DNA of 26,253 bases from a virus (lineage: Duplodnaviria > Caudoviricetes): the IMG/VR virus record IMGVR_UViG_3300043174_000016, positions 1 to 26,253 of that record; one strand, written 5' to 3'. The position numbers and the translations under genes are program-made. Shown piece by piece: positions 8,752 to 17,664 of this stretch. The notes beneath the pieces are model-generated. The model was not told where the DNA came from, did not search any database, and worked only from the letters and a program-made list of their open reading frames with translations. The stretch's first letter is position 1. Each line of letters opens with the position of its first letter.

Positions 8752-9707
8752 TACTTCACCGCTCCTGTGCTACTGCCGTATCTGTCACGGATCGCATTGA
8801 ACAGCGCGTCGTTCTGGCGCATCTGCTGCCACGATCCGAGCATCCCGGTGATGTCCGAGATAGTGTCAGGCACGGCAAGGTTGGCGTTCGTGTAGTCACG
8901 TTCGACAGGACGCGCCATCACGTTGATGATGCCCTGATCGGCAACACCTGTGCCACGCGTCTGCGGTCCTTGCGGCTGATACGGCGTCGGTGCTGCGGTG
9001 CCACTGGTGGACATGCGACGGTAGTAGTCATACATCTGACCACCACGGCTGCGACCTGCATCGAAGCGACGATCCGCTTCATCATTCGCCATCAGCGCGG
9101 CCTCAATGCCCGCCTGCCGCGCACCCGTTGCGTCACTTGCCGCTCTCGCGCCCTGCAAGAGTTCCGCTGCATTGCGGCTACCCGAGCGCAGGTTCTGCCG
9201 TGCGACGATCTCGCCGCTGCGGTCGGCACTCTGGTTGCGCGTCTCGGCACCACGTGCAAGCAGAAGTTGGCGCAGAGCATCTTCGTCAGGACGACGTTCA
9301 GCACGAAAAGCACGTTCACCCTCCGTCGCAAGCACATCTTCACGATCACGGCGCGTGGCTGCGCGTGCGCTGACCGTCTCGTTGCGGTCGGCTTCCTCGC
9401 GCAGTTGGCGCAGCATCTCTGCTTCGCTCTCGTCTTGGATCGCCTGCTGCTCATCTGTCAGCACCGTGACCCATCCACGCCCCGGCACGAACATGGTGCG
9501 GTTGCCTGACGCATCAGTCGTGCCAAGCTTCGCCTCGCTCTGTTGACGACGCGCTTCCATTTCGGCCCGCTGACGTGCGCGGACCTGTTCCATGTAGTTG
9601 AGCATGGCGATCTGCGCGTTCTGCTTGTTGGCATTGTTCGCGCCGATGCCGCCCAAGACACTGCTGATGCCAGTGCCGGCCATGATTGCAAGCGTGATCG
9701 GGTCCAT
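8751..9707 (-). CDS. Putative DNA ejection/pilot protein
   Basis: N-terminus MDPITLAIMAGTGISSVLGG followed by Q/R/A-rich coiled coil, typical of podovirus ejection proteins. Confidence 0.7.
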   Translation of the reverse strand: MDPITLAIMAGTGISSVLGGIGANNANKQNAQIAMLNYMEQVRARQRAEMEARRQQSEAKLGTTDASGNRTMFVPGRGWVTVLTDEQQAIQDESEAEMLRQLREEADRNETVSARAATRRDREDVLATEGERAFRAERRPDEDALRQLLLARGAETRNQSADRSGEIVARQNLRSGSRNAAELLQGARAASDATGARQAGIEAALMANDEADRRFDAGRSRGGQMYDYYRRMSTSGTAAPTPYQPQGPQTRGTGVADQGIINVMARPVERDYTNANLAVPDTISDITGMLGSWQQMRQNDALFNAIRDRYGSSTGAVK

Positions 9708-9708
9708 G

Positions 9709-10662
9709 TCAGAACGATCCTTGTGTGCCTAGCCCGCGCTGTTGTTCCTCATCCGTCTTGCGCTGCGTGATCGCTGCAAGCAGGCCACCGCTCTGTCCGC
9801 CGAGGCCGGTGTTCGTCGCGCCTTGACCGACGCCGCCCTTCTGGATCAGGTCAGCGGTGTTGAAGAACTGCTCACCGCCGATAGCGTTGCGGATGTCGCC
9901 CTCAAGTCTGCTGCCCAACTCGCCCTGCTTCGTCTCAAGCTGCGTGCGGTAGACATTGGGGTCGAACGTGTCGCCGAAGTCCCACGATCCCGCACCCGTG
10001 CGCGCGTTCTTGACAATGTCATCGAGCGAACCGCGATAGCCTTCGAGGATGCCGCCGCCCGTGTCCTGCAACCGCGCCATCGCCGCTTGCTTCTGCGTGT
10101 TCAGGTTGTCCATCGCATACTTGAAGCCTGCGTCGTTGAGCGTGCCACGGTCGCGTGCGCGCAGGATCGCGTCACTTGCCGTGCCGAACTGCTCGCCCAG
10201 GATCGCGTTGATGATAGCGTCATCGGCAGTGCTCGCAAAGGCGTTCTGCGTGAAGCCCTCGGGCGCATACTCGTTGATCGCGCGCTGGTAGTCCTTGATC
10301 TGCGAACTACGGATGTCACCGAGGATTTGCTCGCCAAGCCCCGTGCCGAACGTGGGTGACTGTCCGTATGTCATGCCAGACTGTGCGAGGTCCAGTGCCG
10401 CCGTGATGCGGTCCATGTAGTCATCCGCACTCAGGCCCGCGCGCTCGAACTGCTGACCGATGGCTGTCTGCGCACGCGAGCGACCTGCACCGAGGTCTGT
10501 CTGCCACTGCGCACGATCTTCGGCCTCTTGCGCCTTCTCGCGTTCCAACGCAGCAAGCGCCTGACGTTCTTCGAGGTCATACTGCTGTTGCAGAAGCTTG
10601 ATCTCAGCTTCCGCCTGCTTCATCGGATCAGGCGCACGAGGCGCGCCGCCACCACCACACAT
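9709..10662 (-). CDS. Putative internal virion protein
   Basis: MCGGGGAPRAPDP N-terminus, coiled coil, directly after the GNAT gene; AAGGAG RBS. Confidence 0.7.
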   Translation of the reverse strand: MCGGGGAPRAPDPMKQAEAEIKLLQQQYDLEERQALAALEREKAQEAEDRAQWQTDLGAGRSRAQTAIGQQFERAGLSADDYMDRITAALDLAQSGMTYGQSPTFGTGLGEQILGDIRSSQIKDYQRAINEYAPEGFTQNAFASTADDAIINAILGEQFGTASDAILRARDRGTLNDAGFKYAMDNLNTQKQAAMARLQDTGGGILEGYRGSLDDIVKNARTGAGSWDFGDTFDPNVYRTQLETKQGELGSRLEGDIRNAIGGEQFFNTADLIQKGGVGQGATNTGLGGQSGGLLAAITQRKTDEEQQRGLGTQGSF

Positions 10663-10663
10663 G

Positions 10664-11143
10664 TCATATCTCCTTCATCGTCAGACGACCTACCGTCGCG
10701 TATCCAAGCTTGTTGTAGAATTGCTCGGTGCGCTCTGTGTGCACTCCGGTAGTGATGCCGAGAAGCACACGTTGTGCGCCGTTGTTGCGTGCCCACGTCT
10801 CGAAGGCACCAATCAGCATCCTCGCCGCCACGCTGCCGCGCATTGTCGGCGTAACGTATAGCAAGCGGTCGTAGGCAAACCGCGCGTCAGCGAAGCCGTA
10901 GTCTGCGAGCGAACCAATCACGAAGCCATGACACGTGTCAGCACCATCTACGGCCACCCCGAAGAAGGACAGCGGGTCGGCCCGCATAGTATAGGCAAAC
11001 TCGATCATCTTGTCTACCGCTCGCGGCAGGCTTGTGTATGGGGCGCTGTTGTCCCACATAGCAACACCGAGGCGCACCGCCGCGAGAAGCTGCTGATCGG
11101 TCGGCTCCCGGACCCGCAAGCCCTGTGGGACATTGTCAAGCAT
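10664..11143 (-). CDS. GNAT-family N-acetyltransferase
   Basis: LYVTPTMRGSVAARMLI (acetyl-CoA binding motif A), WARNNGAQRVLLG and FYNKLGY. Confidence 0.88.
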   Translation of the reverse strand: MLDNVPQGLRVREPTDQQLLAAVRLGVAMWDNSAPYTSLPRAVDKMIEFAYTMRADPLSFFGVAVDGADTCHGFVIGSLADYGFADARFAYDRLLYVTPTMRGSVAARMLIGAFETWARNNGAQRVLLGITTGVHTERTEQFYNKLGYATVGRLTMKEI

Positions 11144-11480
11144 CAATGGGCCGCCCCTTCCGCAGACGCATCATCTCGTGCAGCAATAGGCCGGTGTCAG
11201 GCTCGCCCGCCTTCCATCTGCCTGTGCCTGTGAGGTTGCCATGCACGCCATCAGCGCGATCAGCGTCGAACATCTCGCTGCGTCTGTCATACTCATACTG
11301 CGACGCTTCCAGCTCTTGCTTCTGCTGCTCAAGCAACGCGCGTAGCATGGCCTCTTGCAGCCGTGACATCGGTGGGTGATGCACGGCGCGACCGGGAGGA
11401 GGCTGGTTGCCTTCTCGGGGATCGACAAATCGTGCACTCGTCGTGTTCTTGTCACCAACCGCGACACGCTTCTCACTCAT
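11136..11480 (-). CDS. Hypothetical protein (114 aa)
   Basis: Fills the gap, with an ATGA overlap at 11477-11480 and an overlap with the GNAT start. Confidence 0.6.
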   Translation of the reverse strand: MSEKRVAVGDKNTTSARFVDPREGNQPPPGRAVHHPPMSRLQEAMLRALLEQQKQELEASQYEYDRRSEMFDADRADGVHGNLTGTGRWKAGEPDTGLLLHEMMRLRKGRPIDA

Positions 11481-11701
11481 GGCGCTGTCCCCACGCTAGG
11501 CGCTGTCCCCACGCTATTGGTATCAGTCTCACTAATAGAAGCAGTCAAGCTTCCGCTGCTGCCGTCACCTTCGGTCAGCGTCAGTATCTGTCTGCACCAC
11601 AGGATGCACAGCGGTTGCAGCGCACCATATGTGTTCAGGTCAGGTTGCTCGGGCGGCGGCGAGCATGCAGCCAACAACAAAAAGATCATGACACGTGTCA
11701 T
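11477..11701 (-). CDS. Small lipoprotein (74 aa)
   Basis: AGGAG RBS, then MTRVMIFLLLAAC (lipobox LAAC) followed by SPPPEQP. Confidence 0.65.
   Translation of the reverse strand: MTRVMIFLLLAACSPPPEQPDLNTYGALQPLCILWCRQILTLTEGDGSSGSLTASISETDTNSVGTAPSVGTAP
11481..11516. repeat. Perfect 18-bp tandem duplication
   Basis: GGCGCTGTCCCCACGCTA twice, encoding SVGTAP-SVGTAP at the lipoprotein C-terminus. Confidence 0.95.
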
Positions 11702-11711
11702 TTGTGCGCTC

Positions 11712-12212
11712 CTATCTGTATTCGATCCAGCCTGAAAACTCGACGCTGCCGTTGGTGTCCAGCATATACCACCATCGCGGAGGAACGATACCAAACAACG
11801 CGCGGGGCGCACCTAGAGCGGGATTAATATGCCGCAGGAAGCGAAACAGCGTATCGGGCGTGGAGCCGATCAGCAGTTCGACAGAGGTCGTCCCCCACGC
11901 AGACAGACACATCGGACGGTTGAACGTGTTCTGATACGGCACGAGCCGCGCACGTTGCGAAAGCATGTCTGTCGGCGTCTCCGACAGCGGGTTGCTGGTG
12001 CCCGTCGCGATGCGGGCCTCGTCGGTCTTCAGCTTTGTCAGGGCAGGCGACATCGCGCGATCCGCGCGCGTTCCGGCGATGGCCTCGGCTTCGGTTGCAA
12101 ACGGCGACGCAATGACGCTCAGCACCCACACGCTGCCGTTCCATGTAAACGCGCGGCCCTCGGCGGCGTAGGTGTCGCCAACAACAGGGGTTGCAGGAAA
12201 GTTCAGGGTCAT
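11712..12212 (-). CDS. Mini tail-fibre/adhesin paralog 3 (166 aa)
   Basis: Start MTLNFPATP at 12212 with AGAGGA RBS; same architecture as the two upstream paralogs. Confidence 0.8.
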   Translation of the reverse strand: MTLNFPATPVVGDTYAAEGRAFTWNGSVWVLSVIASPFATEAEAIAGTRADRAMSPALTKLKTDEARIATGTSNPLSETPTDMLSQRARLVPYQNTFNRPMCLSAWGTTSVELLIGSTPDTLFRFLRHINPALGAPRALFGIVPPRWWYMLDTNGSVEFSGWIEYR

Positions 12213-12261
12213 GCGACTTGGTCCTCTTGGAAATCTCCGGCACTCAAACCGGGGGAAGATG

Positions 12262-12792
12262 TTACTCAGGTCTCCATTCCCACCATTGATCGGCGGATGG
12301 GCTGTTGGCGACAATGTGCAGCCTATACCACCACCCTCGCGGGACAGCGCCGATGAGACATGCGGACGTGCCGGTCCCCGGCGATCCAGACAGGCAGCGC
12401 GCCCGCCCGAGGTTGATTGCAAGGCTGCCGGAGTTCTCCGACCCCACGCGCAATTCAACGTCACCGTTTCCGTAACTGCAATAGAAGTTGACCGACACGA
12501 GCAGCGGACGGTTGCCTGTCCACTGGTAATTGGTGTTCAGCGCGCGGCTCGCGGTCATGTTCGTCGGAACACCCAAAAGGAACGTGCTGCCCCCGACAAG
12601 CGTATCAAGTTCCGCTGCGGTGCTTGCGGGCGTCATCAGCTTGCCGTCGTCGGTGCCCGCAATCGCCTCGGCGTTCGACGCAAAACCAAACGTGTCGAGA
12701 ACGTGCCAGACTGTGCCGTTCCACACGAAGGACATGCCCTCGGCCTGATAGACCTGCCCGACGACCGGCGTATTGGGGAAGTTCAGCGCCAT
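12262..12792 (-). CDS. Mini tail-fibre/adhesin paralog 2 (176 aa)
   Basis: MALNFPNTPVVGQVYQAEG..FVWNG..W, FASNAEAIAG..MTP, and C-terminal SRA..YQ..NRP..VPRGWWYR..WWEW. Confidence 0.8.
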   Translation of the reverse strand: MALNFPNTPVVGQVYQAEGMSFVWNGTVWHVLDTFGFASNAEAIAGTDDGKLMTPASTAAELDTLVGGSTFLLGVPTNMTASRALNTNYQWTGNRPLLVSVNFYCSYGNGDVELRVGSENSGSLAINLGRARCLSGSPGTGTSACLIGAVPRGWWYRLHIVANSPSADQWWEWRPE

Positions 12793-12793
12793 G

Positions 12794-13291
12794 TCACCAT
12801 TCCCACCAGTTGCCGATCACGATGCCGGAGCCGTTTACGCGATAATACCACAACGGCGGAACGATCAGGAACGCCGCCACGCCGTTGCGCCCGGATGCCG
12901 CAAGCAGTCGCGCGACATGGTTGCTGGCGAGCGACGATGTAAGACTGATACGCATGACGCAGGAAACGTCATTCGTGACGTGCAGCCCCCAAAAGAGGTC
13001 GCGGTTCGTCATGTTCTGATACGTCACGGCCTCTGCGCGGCTGGCCTTGACATCGACCGGGATGCCGTAGCCCTCGCTAGGGACGATGCCGCGATCCGTC
13101 AGGGCCTGCTGCGTGGTCATCGGCGACATCACGACATCCGCGCGAAGCCCCGCAAGTGCGTCGGGCGTCGTGGAATACGCAAAGTTGGTGGGGTCGAGAA
13201 CTTCCCATGCAGCGCCTGTCCACACGAAGTCCTCGCCCTCTGCGGAATAGACCTGCCCTGCTAGCGGATTGGAGGGAAAGTTGATGCCCAT
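12794..13291 (-). CDS. Mini tail-fibre/adhesin paralog 1 (165 aa)
   Basis: MGINFPSNPLAGQVYSAEG..FVWTG..W, DALAG..MSP, and C-terminal SRA..YQN.TNR..VPPLWYYR..WWEW. Confidence 0.8.
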   Translation of the reverse strand: MGINFPSNPLAGQVYSAEGEDFVWTGAAWEVLDPTNFAYSTTPDALAGLRADVVMSPMTTQQALTDRGIVPSEGYGIPVDVKASRAEAVTYQNMTNRDLFWGLHVTNDVSCVMRISLTSSLASNHVARLLAASGRNGVAAFLIVPPLWYYRVNGSGIVIGNWWEW

Positions 13292-13294
13292 GTA

Positions 13295-14935
13295 TCAGCG
13301 CCGCCACCTACAGATGATTTGGTTTGTCGCAAATGTGCCTGCGGAAGCACGGATGCGTAGCGGCATCATCGTCGACTGGTTGAGTATCAGCCGCGCGCCC
13401 GCATGGGTGACAAGGCTGTTCCCGCGACGGTGTGAGCCAGACATGACCCACACCACGTTGTTACTGTATGGTATCCGCTCAAAGAAATACGTCCCGATAA
13501 ATCCACTTGTGCCGCCGATGTTGTCCAGTTCGATTTCGGTGGCACTCTGCGAAGCTGGCGCAGCGTAGGCAGCACCTGCAATCTGACGCAAAGTCGACAA
13601 GTCTGCGGTTGCTGCTCCGAGGAAGTCAAGGATCGCGTTGCCGCCGGAGAAGGTGACATTCGAGAACGAAAGCGCCAAAGAGACAGCATCGCTGGGCACC
13701 TGATCGAACACGACTTGCGTCTGTCCAGCGGTGTCGATGTTCTGCTCGCCCGACTGCGCGATGGCACCGCCTGCAACCTGAACCCATTGACTGCTGTCAC
13801 CATCATTATACCACACGAACATGCCGACTGGCGCAACTACGCGATACCACAACTGCCCCGGCTGTGGATTTGCAGGCGCTGTGTCACTGATAACAACGCC
13901 ACTTCCGGGCGGCAGTGCTGCAATCGCCTGATCAACGTAACTTTTGCTTGCAGCGTGCAGAGCCGCAGTAGGCATCGCATGCAGCGAAAGAAAGCCTGTG
14001 AGCGTTCCGCCTGCAAGAGGCAGCTTGCTATCGATTTGCGTCTGCAATCCTGCGTCAGCGGCTGCAAAGTCATTGCGGATCGACGTGTCAGCCGCCGCAA
14101 AGGCGCTGCGGATTGCCGTGTCGATGCTATCGACATAACCTTTCGTTGCTGCATGAAGCAGCGCAGATGGATTTGCTGACAGTGTCAGGAAACCTGTCAT
14201 TGTGCCGCCTGCTTTTGGCAGACGGCTGTTGATGTCTGTTTGCAGGGTCACGTCTGCGGCAGCAAAAGCGGCACGGGTCGCTGCATCAATCGCATCAACC
14301 TGTGCTTTTGAATACTTGTCAAGGTTGGTGATGTCTGCTTCAACATGTGTGTGCACCGCAGGCGGAAACGTCGCAGGCTTGTTCAGCAAGCTGTTCCACG
14401 AAGTCCCGTGCGGATTGTCTGTGCGCGCAATGTGCGCTGCCGTTGCCGCCTTGTCGGCATAGAACATTGCATAGTCAGCAGCGTCAGCAAGCACATCACC
14501 AATGCGACCAAAGACGCTGTTGACCGGCGGCTTGGCTTGATCGACCAGTTTCCAATACAACGGCTTGTCAGCTTCGAAGTCAGTGCTCGACGTATGTGGC
14601 GAGAGACACAGATACAGCCGCGATACATTGTCAGGATCGAACACGCTCTGCCCTGCGAGGTAGTCAGTGCTCGGCTTCCAGAAGCCCTTGATGTTCAAGA
14701 AGCCGATTGCAGCGTTCAGCAGCGCATCGACAACGATCCAGTTCTCCCACTCGTAGTTGTGCCACGTGATCCAGTCGAAGTTGACGAGGTTCAGCGAGAA
14801 CGTGTTTGTGAAGCCCGCAATCGGGCCATTGCCGGGTGTCGCAAGCACTGACGACGCAGGCGCGACATCCTTCTGCGGCGTCGTTGCAGCCGCAAGCCCT
14901 GGCAGGAAGTAGCGCGGACGGAACGGATTGGTCAT
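13295..14935 (-). CDS. Tail fibre protein
   Basis: Follows the nozzle gene. Fibre motifs VNSVFGRIGDV, NPHG, NKPATFPPAVHTH, two LPxAGGTxTGFL..HAAxKxYVD repeats and an ISDTAPANPQPGQLWY module. Confidence 0.88.
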   Translation of the reverse strand: MTNPFRPRYFLPGLAAATTPQKDVAPASSVLATPGNGPIAGFTNTFSLNLVNFDWITWHNYEWENWIVVDALLNAAIGFLNIKGFWKPSTDYLAGQSVFDPDNVSRLYLCLSPHTSSTDFEADKPLYWKLVDQAKPPVNSVFGRIGDVLADAADYAMFYADKAATAAHIARTDNPHGTSWNSLLNKPATFPPAVHTHVEADITNLDKYSKAQVDAIDAATRAAFAAADVTLQTDINSRLPKAGGTMTGFLTLSANPSALLHAATKGYVDSIDTAIRSAFAAADTSIRNDFAAADAGLQTQIDSKLPLAGGTLTGFLSLHAMPTAALHAASKSYVDQAIAALPPGSGVVISDTAPANPQPGQLWYRVVAPVGMFVWYNDGDSSQWVQVAGGAIAQSGEQNIDTAGQTQVVFDQVPSDAVSLALSFSNVTFSGGNAILDFLGAATADLSTLRQIAGAAYAAPASQSATEIELDNIGGTSGFIGTYFFERIPYSNNVVWVMSGSHRRGNSLVTHAGARLILNQSTMMPLRIRASAGTFATNQIICRWRR

Positions 14936-16896
14936 CGACGGATACTCCCGTTCTGATACATCAGCGAGATTGCAACGATGCGGATCGGTGCATCAACGAC
15001 GCCCTCGAACCGCAGCTTCATCAGCTTGCCTCGTGCGACCCACGCATACAGCCGCTGGTCACTCGTGCGGCGGCCACCGCCATACGGCTGACCGTTGTTG
15101 CCATAGCCACCGTTCTCGCCGCCGACAAACGTCATCGCGTTGTTTGGGATCAGCAGTCCGTCAAGCATGTAGAGTTCATCGACGAACATCATCATCGTAA
15201 ACTCAGCCGTGCCGCGTGTGTCAAGTTGCACGTAGCGCATGTGCTTGATCTGCACGCGCTGATCGAAGTCAGCCCACGGCATTTCCCATTGGAACGCGAT
15301 GGAACGCTTATCGGTCGTGCCGATGAAGTCCGAGTAGAGCGGGTTGGTGCCGCTGCCGAGCAAGAACAGCCGCCGGTCGTCAGCGAACACGATATTGCCC
15401 AACTCGGTGCGGCAGCTAGAGCGCCAACGCCATCCACGGTAGCGCGCCCACGCTCTGATCTTCAACTCGTTGACGAACGTGTAGATGTAACCGAGCGTCT
15501 CGGTCCAGCGCGGCATCCACTGCGCTGCATTGCCGCCGCCGATGAGCGTCTTGTTCTCGTCCGTCACCATGCCGGGCGGCTCGAACTCGATGATGCCATC
15601 ATTGATGACACGTGTCACGACATGGTCGATGCCGTTGAGCATCGTCGCAGCGTTCACATCGTTCCAGCTTGTCGCGCCACTGATCGTGAACGTGTCACCG
15701 ACCAGCAGCCCATGCGACGGGATACGTGCACGAAGCGCGTTGTTGCGATCACGTAGCACCTCGAACGGGTCGGTGATCATCTTGCGCTGAAACTCGCTGT
15801 GGTTCGGCAAGAAGCACATATACTGCTTGTCGTTGTTGTTGTAGACCGCGTGCGCACCGAGCAGCGTGTCCACCTCAAGCAGCCGGTTGACGTTCGCGTT
15901 GATCTCGGGGTCGATCAGTTCACTGACACGCTTCGGCTCTGTCGCACCGCTGTAGAGCGAGCGCGCAATCGACGTGATGCCTTGGTTGTCGAGCATGAAC
16001 AGGTCGTTGCCAAGGTTCACCATCGAGCGATGCGCGTGACAGCCAAAGCCCTCGATCACGTCATCGAAGTTGGGCTTGTGCACGGGCGTGCCTGCCAACT
16101 CTGTGTAGATGCCAAGCTTGCCAAGCACCGACGCAGAGAAAAACGACACGACAAGCTGATCGCGGTAACGGTTGACACCTGTCACGATCTGCTCACCTTG
16201 CACACCGACTTTGCCGAGGTCAACGAACGTGCCATCGTTCGGCGCAGCGTCACCGAACCACGTGCCTGACGTGTTCTGGTTGCTGATGTGCACGCGGTCG
16301 GGATACAACGCGTCGCCGGCCATCACCAGATACGTGTTCATCGCCACCACGTAGCGGCAGATCGGCACGTTGACGTTGCTGCCCGTCGCCTCGTCAGCAA
16401 GATACTGCACCGGCTTGGCGTTGGTAAAGTCCGTGATCAGCGGCTTGTCGGTGCCGTTGCACACGATCAGTCTGCCGTTGAAGATAGCGAACGACGCGAA
16501 GTCTGTCGGCCCCCACGCAGCCGGTGCACCGAGCAGGCCACCGGCAATAGCCGTGTCCCAGATCACCGTGGTCGTGCCGTCACCGAGCGTGCGCGTCAGG
16601 CGTCCATCCGACAGCACAGTGACGATGGCGTCTTGGAAGTAGATCGTGTTGATGATGTGCACATCCGCGGGCGCGTTGATCTGCGTGCAGATGTCGGCGA
16701 GCAACTCTGTGCCCCACCGGATGCCCATCGAACCATCTTCCTCGCGCGACATGTTGTCGAGCAGCGTCGCAAAGCGCGTGCTTAGGTTCAGGTCGTTGTC
16801 AACAACGTTCCAGCCACCGCCGAACTCGCGCACGGTAGCGTCTTGCAACACCGAAGAGCGGTTGCGGACAGGCGCAAGTGATGGCTTTGCGTGCAT
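14932..16896 (-). CDS. Tail nozzle/stabilisation protein (tail tubular B or P22 gp10-like)
   Basis: 654 aa, beta-rich, N-terminal REFGGGWN...LDNM...IRWG pattern; position after the adaptor. Confidence 0.8.
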   Translation of the reverse strand: MHAKPSLAPVRNRSSVLQDATVREFGGGWNVVDNDLNLSTRFATLLDNMSREEDGSMGIRWGTELLADICTQINAPADVHIINTIYFQDAIVTVLSDGRLTRTLGDGTTTVIWDTAIAGGLLGAPAAWGPTDFASFAIFNGRLIVCNGTDKPLITDFTNAKPVQYLADEATGSNVNVPICRYVVAMNTYLVMAGDALYPDRVHISNQNTSGTWFGDAAPNDGTFVDLGKVGVQGEQIVTGVNRYRDQLVVSFFSASVLGKLGIYTELAGTPVHKPNFDDVIEGFGCHAHRSMVNLGNDLFMLDNQGITSIARSLYSGATEPKRVSELIDPEINANVNRLLEVDTLLGAHAVYNNNDKQYMCFLPNHSEFQRKMITDPFEVLRDRNNALRARIPSHGLLVGDTFTISGATSWNDVNAATMLNGIDHVVTRVINDGIIEFEPPGMVTDENKTLIGGGNAAQWMPRWTETLGYIYTFVNELKIRAWARYRGWRWRSSCRTELGNIVFADDRRLFLLGSGTNPLYSDFIGTTDKRSIAFQWEMPWADFDQRVQIKHMRYVQLDTRGTAEFTMMMFVDELYMLDGLLIPNNAMTFVGGENGGYGNNGQPYGGGRRTSDQRLYAWVARGKLMKLRFEGVVDAPIRIVAISLMYQNGSIRR

Positions 16897-17579
16897 CAGA
16901 TCACCTGATATCCGCTGCTTGGCGGTGCCATGACAGGATGCAGCGGTATCTCCTTCTCGTTCTCGTCGCCCTTCAACTGACGCAGACGGTCATTGAACAG
17001 GTTGCGGAACTTCTCGGTCTGTCCCGCGTTCGTGCCGTCATCCTCAAGGTAGTCGTAGCACGCGCCGAGGATCAGCAACTGCTCGTCCATCGGCACGACA
17101 TCGTTCGGCTTGAAGTATGCGTAGTGGCGCTTGACACGCAGCGTCATCACCATACCCGGTCGGAACGGTGCAAAGCGCACGACCTTCTGCTGATCGGGCA
17201 GCATGTAGAGCGTGTCAGAGCCGCCAGCGACAAACAATGGCGCAGGGTTCGCGCGGCGCGGCCAGTAGCGCAACGGATCGCGGCGCTGTGGATGCCAGCC
17301 ATACTGAATGTCGGTGAAGGTGTTGATGACAACCTCGTTGCCAATCGGCGGCACGGGCAGGTCACGCACCACGTTCTCGACAGGACGACCATCGGTGTCC
17401 TGCGTCAGCGTGATGTAGTCCATGAAGTCATCCCACCACAACTCGTCGCGCACCATGACGAACTTGTGCCAGATCATCTCTGCGATCCGGTCTTCGGCGT
17501 ATACCTGCACGGATACACCGCCAACCATCGACAGACGGGTGACGGTGCGTTGCACAAGCTGGCTCAATGTCTGTGACAT
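16896..17579 (-). CDS. Head-tail adaptor (tail tubular A-like)
   Basis: 227 aa, N-terminal TLSQLVQRTVTRL helix, C-terminal LLILGACYDYL; coupled to the nozzle gene (TGATG). Confidence 0.75.
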   Translation of the reverse strand: MSQTLSQLVQRTVTRLSMVGGVSVQVYAEDRIAEMIWHKFVMVRDELWWDDFMDYITLTQDTDGRPVENVVRDLPVPPIGNEVVINTFTDIQYGWHPQRRDPLRYWPRRANPAPLFVAGGSDTLYMLPDQQKVVRFAPFRPGMVMTLRVKRHYAYFKPNDVVPMDEQLLILGACYDYLEDDGTNAGQTEKFRNLFNDRLRQLKGDENEKEIPLHPVMAPPSSGYQVI

Positions 17580-17587
17580 ATGTCATG

Positions 17588-17664
17588 CCTCTCTGTAGGT
17601 GCGACGGCGATGCTAGAGAGGATAACACCGCCGCCGCGTTACGTCGCCTGGGGGAGCGAACGTA
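17588..17664 (-). promoter_or_regulatory. Structured intergenic RNA element (two hairpins; one loop complementary to the downstream RBS)
   Basis: On the mRNA: 15-bp stem GCGGCGGCGGUGUUA/UAGCAUCGCCGUCGC (17601-17637) with loop UCCUCUC; RBS AGAGAGG at 17588-17594. Confidence 0.6.

Noticed and set aside
12213-12464. 84-aa N-terminal extension of paralog 3
   Set aside because: It overlaps paralog 2; homology and the RBS place the start at 12212.
11712-13291. Diversity-generating retroelement or invertible tail-fibre cassette
   Set aside because: No reverse transcriptase or recombinase in the window, no near-identical template/variable repeat pair, and all three paralogs are complete and co-oriented.
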